From an uncultured Anaerolineales bacterium (lineage in GTDB: Bacteria > Chloroflexota > Anaerolineae > Anaerolineales > UBA11858): 64,000 bases of DNA. The first letter of the stretch is position 1. Each line of letters begins with the position of its first letter. Location of the stretch: NCBI GenBank assembly GCA_964613985.1, contig CAZTJD010000007.1, positions 15,507-79,506 of the forward strand. Reading direction: 5' to 3'. Under the pieces are notes generated by a model. That model made no database searches. It saw only the letters and a program-made list of their open reading frames with translations, and was not told the DNA's origin. Positions 37,806 through 49,800 of this stretch are shown here, one piece after another. Position numbers and translations under genes: made by a program.

Positions 37806-40800
37806 TTATTCAGTAGAAGACTCATCAAGAAGCTGATTTATTTTTTTTGCTAATGCTTCGACATCTGGTTTGGTGAATAAGGAAGAATGGTTCCCAGTTG
37901 TCCAAACAATTTCCACACCGACTGTTGAATATTCTTCCCAACCAAGCGTTGCTACTACTCCAGTATTCTCGATATCTTTTCGCTTCCAATCCCCGTAAAT
38001 CACATGAATCTTGCTAGGTAATGGCTGCGGTTTATAATTATTTGCATATTTCTGGTGGATTCGAACCAACTGCAATACACGTCCCATTGAGGAGGGGATG
38101 TTTAATTCTAAGAGATGTTTTTCTTGGTGCGCAAGTTCAGCAAAATCCGATCCCTGTAGGAATTCAGTTGTCATTGCAATACCTAGAATTCGATTAGCGA
38201 CCTGGGACAATTTGCGTTTTTTGTCTTCTGAAGACAATTTTCTTGATAGCATAAAATAAAAGCCGTTACGAAGATGGGGAATTATCGATTTTGAAACAGA
38301 AACAGTCCCTTTAAGTATCTTAAAGACCCTTGTGATTATTTGCTTCCATGAAGCGATCACCTTCTCGATTTTTCTCTGTGCTATATCTTCCTTTCGAACT
38401 GTAAATAAATCTGGTGGCTTCAGCCATGTATCAATAGCACCAAGGAAGGCGATTTTCTCCCCCTTTCGAATAAGGTTGTGAGCAATTTCAAAGACAAGGG
38501 TACCACCAAAAGACCAACCCGCAAGACGGTAGGGTCCTTTCGGTTGCACCTTTTGAATCCACCTGACATAATCTTCGGCCATTTCTTCAAGGGTAGAATA
38601 TGTAAGTTCATCGCTATAAACACTTGGATCCTGCAAACCGTAAATGGGTTGGTCATGCATATAAGGAACCAGATTGTAATACGGGAAAATAATTCCTCCA
38701 CCAGCATGGCCCAAAAACAATGGTGGTTTTGATCCCTTGGGTTGGATAGCTACAAGTGGCTGTGTTTGTTCCACAGTCAAGAAATGATTGGAGGTTTCTA
38801 CCTTATCTGGTAGATCTTCCCGGAGGTAACCTAACCTCTCAGCAATCTGCCAGGTTTTTTCTGCCAGGCAATCCCCACGGTAGGCTTCCTGCCAGCGATA
38901 GGCCCCTGACGCACTGATCCCCTCATGTTCAAAGAACCGTATATCCCCAATCATTTGTGATAACTCATGTAATGCCCCAGTCATCCTTTTCTCAGGATCA
39001 TCCTGTGGCTTTAGCATATCTTCGTGAATTTCGATCTCAAGGAATTCACAAACCTGCCCGATCACTTCTTCTGGCTTAGTGACCAATCCCTCATAACTCA
39101 CCCTCAGTTGTCTCTCCTCAGGTATTTCCTTCAAGAATCCTTCGATGTGCTCCTGGCTAATCGTCCAGATCGCCTCTGCCATTTCCTTTACTGTCAGGTG
39201 TGTCTCTCCCTTCAAGAACGGAGGGTAGAATACATGAAGCTTTGCCTTTTCAAACGATGGAATCATCGCATAGGGGTGCCTAATCAGATGAATGTACTTT
39301 ACATCTCGGAAGTTTTCCTCCATTCGTTGGAGCATGCTGGGGTCCAGAGCATAGTTAGGGGTCTTGTCCACAAACAACCGATCCCCTAACCAACTTTGCA
39401 TTTTCCCATAAAACGCCCTCACACTCATTCCCTCTTCTGCCCATCTCCCTAACGCTTTTCGCGCTTCTGCCTCACTCCAACCTCGTAAATTCATCAGGGC
39501 AACTACCACCCCATCTAGCCAGAAGCTGTCTCGCTCATTTGAAAAGGCTTCCTCCTGCTCCTTCAGAGTGTTATAGTTCATTAACTGCAACTCTGGCGGT
39601 GCAAATAACTTCGGATTGCCTCCTAACATTACTCTCAACAATGTCGATCCACTTCTTGGTGCACTCAGGATAAATACCGCTGGATCATTAATTGGCGCTT
39701 TCTCTTCCTCATCTCTTGGCGCCAGTTTTTTTACCATCCGTCTCAATCCATCAAAATCATCATCATTTATTCGTCTTATTACGGTTGTCCCCTGTTCAAC
39801 ATCTACTTCCTCTCCTAACAACCTTCTTACCCCTGTTGGATAGTTCTGCTCCAGGTAGGCACTTAATTTCTCAATCGTTGGTGCATCAAACAACGCTACC
39901 AGATAGAGATATTCCCCTAGTTCCTCCTGTAACCGGTTAATTAGCGTCGCTCCAAGCAACGAGTTTCCTCCAAGGTCGAAGAAGTTTGCCTTAACACTCA
40001 CCTCATCCTGCCCCAGCAACTCTCCCCATAACTCTGTTAGAACTTCCTCAAGTCTTGTCCTGGGACCAATATATCTTTCTCCTCTTGATAGCTCCGGTAT
40101 TGGGAGCCCTCTGCGGTCAATTTTGCCGTTCGGTGTCAGCGGGATTTTTTCCATCCATACATACGCTCCAGGTACCATGTAAGCCGGTAACCTCTTTCCC
40201 AATCTCTCGTTAAGGTCCTCCTCGATCCCTTCGTCCCCTACCAGATATGCTACCAACACCTTTACTCCAGGGATATCTTCCCTCAAAATTACCACCGCTT
40301 CTTTCACCCCATCTTCCTCCCTTAACACCGCCTCAATCTCGCCCAACTCGATCCGGTAACCCCTCAACTTCACCTGTTCATCTCTTCTACCTAAATATAT
40401 CAGGTTTCCATCTCCGAGGTACCTCACCATATCCCCTGTTCGGTATAGTTTTCCTTCTCCGCTAAACCGGTTCGTAACAAAAACCACCTCATTCTCCCCA
40501 TCCCGGTTCAGATATCCCGCGGTTACCCCGGCTCCTCCGATATACAACTCTCCAGGTAATCCGTCTGGTACCGGTTCGCCCCTTTCATCCAAAACGTAAA
40601 TCCGTACATTTGGTACAGGACGACCAATAGGAACGCGTGGATAAACGTAATTTTTACCCGGATAACACACTTCTTCAAACATCGTGGCGGTAACTGTAGT
40701 CTCAGTTGGACCATAGGCATTCAAAAACCTCATTGGCTTATTAAGCCGCTCCGACCAGATATGGAAGCTCATCAGGTTGACCTGTTCTCCCCCTAACAAT

Positions 40801-43800
40801 ATTAGCTTTAAGCTTTCTGGCACCTTTCTTTCCAGCCTCTCCATCTCATTAGCGGTATGGTGAAATACACTTGCTGGTAAGTGAAGATAATTAATCTTCT
40901 CTTCTTCAATAAAATCCAACAGACGGGCTCCTACCAACTCTGCAGGGGTTTTTGCAATCACGATCGTACCCCCATTCAATAGTGCCGGATAGATCCAATC
41001 TACAGCCCCATCAAAGGATATGGAAAAATATCCCAGAATTCGTTCACCTACTTCCATTCCCAGCCGACGCCTCATCCACCAGGCATGGTTTACAAGGTTC
41101 CTGTGCCTTACCTGTACACCTTTGGGAATTCCCGTAGTACCGCTGGTGTAGATGATATATACCAAGTCATCCCCAAAACTTCCTTTTTCAGGGTTATGGG
41201 GTGAGTTCCATCTTATCTCCTCAATATCACGATCCAGGCAAATGGCAGTCCCATCAAACCCTGGGATGTCTTTCAACAGGTCTTCCCTGGTTACCATGAA
41301 CCTTACCCCAGCATCCTCGATCATGAACTCAAGTCGTTTGATTGGATATCCCGGATCCATCGGGAGGTAAACGCCCCCTGCTTTCAGGATCCCCAATAAA
41401 CCTATCATCATTTCCAGGGATCGATCCAGGAATAATCCGACTACAATATTTTTCCTAACACCTTTCCTTATCAGCGTATGAGCCAATTGGTTGGCACGTT
41501 CATTTAATGCTGCATACGTGAGTTCATCACTATTGACTCGTAAAGCTATCGCTTGAGGTGTCTTCCTGACCTGTTCCTCCCACAATTCATGGATTCCCTG
41601 GTATTCTGGGTATGGTTCATTCGTTTCATTCCTCACATTGACCAGTTCATCACGCGCAGTTTCAGTTAGCAAAGGTATATGTGATATTGGTCGATCAGGA
41701 TTAGAGAGCAATCCTGATAACAGCTGTCTATAATGTAAATCTAAACGTTCAATGGTTTCTCTATCAAAGAGATCGGTATTGTAGCGAAATACACCTTGAA
41801 TCAGATCACCTGGTGCCTCGGTCAATGAAAGCATGAGATCAAGTCTCGCAACACCAAAATCGGGATGTAAGCCTTTCAGCACTAATCCAGGTAACTGAAG
41901 TTCACCAACATCTGCATTCTGAAACTGGAACCCAATCTGGAAAAGTGGATTCCTGCTGGAATCTTGTGCAGGATGCAGGTCTTCAACAATCATCTCAAAA
42001 GGTAATTCTTGGTAGTTGAAGGCATCCAATGCCATTTCTCGAACCCGTTCGAGCAGCTCTCGGAATGTCGGGTCACCAGAAAGGTCACCTCTCATTACAA
42101 GCATATTCACAAAGAAACCAATCAATCCCTCTGTCTCCATCCGCCCGCGGTTTGCGACAGGGGTTCCAACACTAATATCTGTTTCACCTGTATAGCGGTG
42201 TAAAAGGGCTAAATATCCTGCCAGGAAAATCATGAACAAGGTAGTATTAGTCTCTTTATTAAACGATTTCGCCATGCTAACATCACTAGCAGGAAGGGTT
42301 ATTACCTGTCGTTCACCTTTAAAGGTCTGTACGCGTGGCCTTACCCTTGCAGTTGGAAGTTCCAATGCTGGCGGAAGTGGAGTCAATTGGTTTCGCCAAT
42401 ATCTCATCTGGCTCTCTAAAACATCTCCCTTAAGATTACTACGTTGCCAGACTGCATAATCGACATATTGAATAGGTAACTCAGGTAAGTCGACGCTTTT
42501 ACCGTAGAGATGCGCTTCATAAGCCACCGAAAACTCCCGAATTAAAATTCCCAGTGACCAAGCATCAGATACAATGTGGTGTAATGTAATCAGGACAATA
42601 TGATCCTGATCCCCAACTTTTATCAACCTTACCCTGATTAGTGGACCATTCTCCAGATCAAACGGCTTATATACTTCCTCGGTTGTCAAACGATTTGCTT
42701 CTTCTTCACGATCATTTTCTGGCATCTCGGATAGATCAACAATTGGAATATCAAGTTTAAATGGAGGTTCTATCACTTGTACTGCATTTCCATCCACGAT
42801 AGGGAACCGCGTTCGTAGTACTTCATGTCGTTCGATGACGATATTTAAGCCCTTTTGAAAGGCTTCCAAATCAAGCTCACCGGCTAGTCGGAAAAAATTT
42901 GGAACATTGTAGATATACCCACTCGGTTCCAAGCGATGCATATACCACAATCTCCATTGGGCAAAAGAAAGTGGTAGATAACCTTCCCTAGAAACAGATT
43001 TGATCTTTAAGGCTTCCTCGTCATCCCCTTTAATAGTTTCCCCAAGCAATCTTCTCACTCCCAGAGGATGCTTCTCTTCCAAATACAGGCTTAAAGAATA
43101 AATGGTTGGTTTTTCAAAAATGGTGACCATTTTTACGTTTTCGCCAAGTTGCCCCTTTAGCCTGTTGATGAAGGTAGCACCAAGTAAGGAGTTTCCTCCC
43201 AATTCAAAGAAGTTCGCCTGTACACTGATCTCTTCCACCCCAAGTAATTCCGCCCACATCGCTGTAAGGTGGATCTCCAAGGGTGTTTGGGCTGGAACGA
43301 ATATTTCTCCAGTCTGAATATCCGGTACTGGCAGCCTTTCTCGATCAATTTTCCCATTTTGTGTCAGAGGTAATTCTTCCAACCATACATAAACACCCGG
43401 GATCATATAAACTGGTAAACGATCAGCAAGATATTGATGAAATATTTCTTTGGATACGCCTTCTTCATCTCCTACCAGGTAAGCTACCAGTTGTTTCACA
43501 CCTGGCACATCTTCTCTAAGCAACACAACTGCATCATGTACTTGTGGATGGGTTCGTAAAGCGTTTTCAATTTCTCTTAACTCAATACGATAACCTCGAA
43601 GTTTTACCTGGTCATCTGCGCGTCCCAGGAATAATAAATTCCCATCGGGCAGAAAACGCGCGATATCCCCAGTCCGATACATAAATGCATTTTCCTTTTC
43701 ATTAAAAGGATCCGGAAGGAATGACCCATTGGTCTGTTCAGGTTGATGTAGATACCCCGCAGTGACACTTTCACCACCAATATAGATCTCCCCAGGAAGA

Positions 43801-46800
43801 CCAATAGGTACAGGCTTTTTATTTTTATCTAGCAAATAGATTCGTACATTGGGGATTGGTTTTCCAATCGGTATCCTAGATTTTGGGAGTTCAGCCTCAG
43901 GGCTACTAATCATCTCATACAAAGTCGCTGTACAGGTGTTTTCAGTGGGTCCATACGCGTTTATGAATCGGACGGGTTTTTCGACTCGGTTCGACCATGA
44001 TAGAAGCCGATCCAATTCTAAAGGTTCCGCACCTACATGGACAAATTTCAAACAATCTGGTACTTTCACGTCTAGTCGATCCATCTCCATTACGGACTGA
44101 TGGAACACACTTGCAACCATATGGATGTAGTTTATCTGCTCCTTTTCTATGAATTCCAAGAGACTCGTCCCCACTAATTCAGTTGGATCCTTATGCATTA
44201 CAATTGTCCCACCACTCATTAATATTGGGAGAATCTCCTCAAAAGAAGGATCGAATGTGATTGTTGTAAATTGCAGCATTCGATCCCCTTCCTGGATTTG
44301 GTATATATTATTAATCCCAAAGATGTTATTCTTTAAATTGCGTTGCCTGACCATGACCCCTTTGGGGGAACCTGTCGTCCCAGAAGTATAAACAATGTAT
44401 GCTAAATCCTCCTCGTCCAATTCTACCTGGAGATTCGATCGATCATACTCCCGGAATTCTGCATCTTCCCTGTCGAGGACAATCTTCTCCCCTTCATATT
44501 TCTCAACCGCCCCGAAATTACTCTCTTGAGTTAACAAATAACCAGCGTTTGTATCATTCATCATGAACAAGATCCGATCACTAGGATATCTAGGATCCAA
44601 CGGCAAAAATACGCCTCCAGCTTTCATGATTCCCAACATCCCGACAATCATCTCCAATGATCGCTTCACACATAGTCCGACAACTTTATTTGCCCTCACT
44701 CCCTTCTCTACCAGGTAATGGGCTAACTGGTTTGCTTGTTCATTCAGCCCCCGATAGCTCAGTTCTTCCCCCTCTAGTTTTACTGCTACCAAGTCCGGCG
44801 TACGATCAACCTGTGCCTCGATTAAACTTATCACCCCTTGCTGTGAGGGATATATAACCCTTGTCTCGTTCCACTGTACCAACTGTTCAAATAACTCTTC
44901 TTCCCCCATGATCTCCAATTCGCTTAACTTTGCCTCCGGATTTTCCAGCACTTCTTCTAATAGCTTGAGATAATGCCTACCCATACGTTCTATTGTCCAT
45001 GAACTATACAGATCCGTATTGTACTCAAGTGTTCCTTTTATCTTTCCTGCATCCCCTTCAGTCATCGACAACATCAAATCCAACCTTGCCGCACTGAAGT
45101 CACTATCAATTTCTTCAAACCTCAAACCTTTAAGCTTCAGTTCGCCCACCTCCACATTCTGGTACTGGAATCCCACATCGAAGATCGGGTTGCGACTCGA
45201 ATCTCTTACTGGTTGTAATACATCTACTAACATCTCAAAAGGCAATTCCTGGTGCTCATACGACCTTAGAGACATTTCCCGGATCCTTTGTAAAAGCTCT
45301 AGAAAACTGGGGTCTCCACTTAGGTCCCCTCTCATCGCCAACATATTCACAAAGAAACCGATCAATCCTTCCGTCTCTGTTCTCCCACGGTTAGCAGCTG
45401 GTGTTCCCACACAAATATCCTCTTCGCCCGAATAACGTTGCAAGAGGACCATAAATGCTGCCAATAAAACCATGAAGAAGGTCGTATCTGTTTTACGATT
45501 TAGCTTCTTAGCCATCCCAGCGATTTTTGCTGGTAGTTCGATCTTATGTTGGTCCCCTTTGAATGTTTGAACTCGCGGTCGAACTGTGGCAGTTGGTATC
45601 TCTAAAACTGGTGGCAACGGTGTTAACTGGTTTTGCCAATATCGTATATGGCTATCTAGTACATCACCCTGTAGGTATTCTCGCTGCCAGACCGAATAAT
45701 CAACATACTGGATAGGCAAATCTGGTAATGTCACCTCTCTACCTTCGAGAAATGATCCATATAAGGAGGCAAACTCTCGCACAAAGATGCCAATTGACCA
45801 TGCATCAGCAACAATATGGTGCAAGCTCAAGAGGATGATATGAGTATTCTCTGCTTCTTTGATTAGCTTAACCCGAATCAAGGGACCGGTCGACAAATCA
45901 AATGGTGTCATGGCTTCTTCCGAAGCAATTTGTTTTGCTTTTGATGATCGTTGCTCTTCTGATAAGTCTGTCAAATCGATCAAGGGGATTTCCAGGTTAA
46001 ATGGAGGATCAATGACTTGTATAGGGTTGCCATCCACGATTGAGAATCGCGTCCGCAGTATCTCATGTCTTTGAATGATCGTTTCCAGGCTGCTTTGTAG
46101 CGCCTTTATATCAAGCTCTCCCACTAATCGGAACGACCCGGGCATATTGTAAGTTGACCCCCCCGGTTCCAGTTGATTCATGAACCAAAGCCGCTGTTGA
46201 GCAAATGATAAGGGAAGGTTCCTTTCTCTTGATACTGGTTGAATCTCGAAACCACCTCTACCTGCTTCTAATATGGGAAGATCTTCTCTCCAATATCCGA
46301 GCCTCTCCGCTATCTGCCAGGTTATTTCAGTCAGATAATCCCCACGATAGCCTTCCTGCCAACGGTACGCTCCTGACGCACTGATCCCTTCATGCTCAAA
46401 GAAGCGTACATCTCCAACCATACGCGATAACTCGTGCAATGCCCCTGTCATTCGCTTCCGCGGGTCTTTTTGAGGATATAACATGTCGTCGTGGAACTCG
46501 ATCTCTAGGAACTCACAAATTTCGTTAATCACTTCCTCAGGTCTGGTCACCAACGCCTCATAACTCACCCGAAGTTGTCTTTCCTTTGGTATTCCTCTCA
46601 GGAAACTCTCAATGTGCTCCTGGCTGATCGTCCAGATCGCCTCTGCCATCTCCCTAACGGTTAAGTTTGTATCTTCCTCTAAGAACGGGGGATAAAATAC
46701 ATGTAGCTTTGCTTTCTCAAATGAAGGTATCATTCCGTAAGGATGTCTAACCAGGTGGATGTACTTCGCTTCTTGGAAATCTTCTTCTATCCGTTTTAAC

Positions 46801-49800
46801 ATCCCAGGATCCAGGGCGTAGTTCGGGGTCTTATCTACAAACAATCGTTCCCCCAACCATGCCTGCATCTGTCCGTAAAACGCCCTTACACTCATCCTCT
46901 CTTCTGCCCAACGCTTTAAGGCTTCCCGAGCTTCAACCTCACTCCAACCTTGCAAGTTCATCAAGGCCATCACCACCCCATCCAACCAAAAGCTGTCACG
47001 CTCATTCGCAAATGCTTCTGCCTGTTCTTTAAGGTTGTTATAGTTCATCAACTGCAGTTCTGGCGGTGCAAACAATTCCGGGTTTCCGCCTAGAATCGCC
47101 CTCAACAGGGTAGATCCACTCCTTGGTGCACTTAAAATAAATGTTGCTGGTGTATTAACTGGCGCTTCTTCCTGCTTTCTTGGAACCAGTTTTTTCACCT
47201 TCTCCTTCAAACCTTCAATGTCCCCCCGTCTCATTCGCTTCATTAACGCAACCCCCTGGCTTATATCCAATTCTTCTCCTAACATCCTACCCACACCTAC
47301 CGGGTAGTTCTCTTCAAGGTAGACTCCCAGCTCCTCAATAGTCGGTGCATCAAACAGTGCTATCAGGTATAGATATTCCCCTAGTTTCGCTTGAAGCCGG
47401 TTGATAAAGGTAGCTCCTAATAACGAGTTACCGCCCAGATCAAAGAAATTCGCCTTGACACTCACTTCCTCCAGACCAAGCAGGTCACCCCACATCTCCG
47501 CTAAGAGTTCCTCTAATCTAGTTCTTGGTTTTACGTATGTTTCCCATCCTTCCATCACTGGCGCTGGCAACCCTTTACGATTAATTTTGCCATTCGGTGT
47601 CAGGGGTATTTCATCAAGTCTGACAAACGCTCCCGGCACCATGTATCCAGGTAACCTTTCCCCCAACTTCTCAATGAGTTCTTCTTCATCCACCTCTTCG
47701 CCTACCAGGTATGCCACCAGAATCTTCACCCCTGGCATATCTTCCCTCAACATCACTACGGCTTCTTCCACCCCTTTCTGCTCTCTCAAGACCGCCTCGA
47801 TCTCGCCCAACTCGATCCGATATCCCCTCAACTTCACTTGTTCGTCTCTCCTCCCTAAATAAACCAGGTTCCCATCTGGGAGAAGTTTAACTATGTCCCC
47901 GGTCCGGTATAGGTTCCCATCTCCTTCGAACCGGTCCATAACAAATGCCAGCTCGTTCTCATCTTCACGGTTATGGTACCCGGCAGATACCCCTGCCCCT
48001 CCAATGTACAATTCTCCTGGCAATCCTATCGGTACCGGTTCACCCCTTTCATTTAATACATAAACCCGTACATTCCCGAGAGGTTTCCCGATTGGAATCC
48101 GCTCCTTCCCTACCTCTCCCCCCGGCTCTAAGTTCAACGCGTAGGTTGTTGCCGTGATTGACGCTTCCGTCGGACCATACGCATTCACAAATAACATGGG
48201 TTGCCTTAATCGTTCTGTCCATCCTCTTAACCTATCTACCTCTACCTGCTCTCCTCCTACCAGTACCAACTTCAAACTCTCAGGCACCTTCAACTCCTGC
48301 CGTTCCATCTCGATAACTGTCTGGTGCCACACACTTACAGGTAGGTGTAAGTAATTGATATCATTATCCTCTATCTTCATCAGTAGGCTCATCCCTACCA
48401 ACTCTGCTGGATTTTCTACCACCACCACTGTCCCACCCTTCAACAATACTGGGAAGATGCTTTCCAGTGAAGCATCAAAAGAAATCGATATGTATTGCAA
48501 CATCCGGCCCCCTGCCTCGATCCCCAACCTTTTACCCATCTCCAAGGCATGGTTCACAAGGTTTTTATGTCTTACTGTGACGCCTTTTGGTATCCCTGTC
48601 GTACCGCTGGTGTAGATAAGATAGGCTAAATCTTCTCCACTGACTGTAACCCCAGGGTTCTCGACATTTTCCTGAGCGATCTCTATTTGTTCCCTATCCA
48701 GCACTACTATCTTTCCCCTATATTCTGGCAATCCGCTCACGAATTCTTCTTCTGTGATTAAAATCCCAGCACCAGAATCTTCCAACATCAACGCTAGGCG
48801 CTCTTTTGGATAGGTTGGATCCATTGGCAAGAATACCCCACCCGCTTTCATGATCCCCAATAATCCCACCACCATATCTACCGAACGTCCAACACAAAAA
48901 CCTACCACTTCACCGGGTTTAACGCCAACCTTCTTGAGATAATTCGCCAACTGGTTTGCACGTTCATTTAATTCGAGGAAGCTTAGTTCTTTCTCACCGT
49001 CCAATACAGCTGTTATTCGCGGGGATTTCTTCACCTGCTCTTCTAACAATTCATGAATCCCTCTCGCTGACGGGTAGACCGAACTTGTTTGATTCCAATT
49101 ATGTAATTGCTGATAAAGTTCTTCTTTGGAAACCAAGGGGATTTCAGCAATCTTTGCCTTGGGATCCGTAATAGCCTCATTGAGGAATCTCAAATAATAC
49201 CTTGCAAAGAGTTCAACTGTTTCACTTTTGAACAAATTCGTGCTGTATTCCATCCAACCATGAATTCCGAACTCGGATTCAATCAGGCTGATAGCTAAAT
49301 CAACAATGCTTTTCTTCGGATCGATCATTACTGGTGAAACATTGATCTCGGGTCCTTCATTCTCCGGCATCGGCCAATTCTGAAAGACAAACATGGTCTG
49401 ATACAACGAGGATCTCGCGAGATCTCGATCAGGATTTACCTCTTCTACAATCTTTGTAAACGGTATCTCCTGGTTTCGTAAACCCATCCACACATTAGAC
49501 TGGGTGTAATCTAATAATTCCTCAAAAGTTAGTTGATCATTAAGTCGTGTCCTAAGAGCCAACGTATTGATAAACAATCCCACCAGATTTCTTGTTTTTC
49601 GACCCTTACGTCCTGCTGTTGGAATACCAACAATAATATCGTCTTGACCTGTTAGTTGATATAGAAACCCTTTGTATGCCGCTAATAATACAGAAAACAG
49701 CGTAACACCATATTCACTGGTTACTTTTCTCAGCGAATCGAGCATCTCCTGCGGTATGATTAGAGGCACCCTCGCGCCATCCGTATTTTGTACTCTACTT

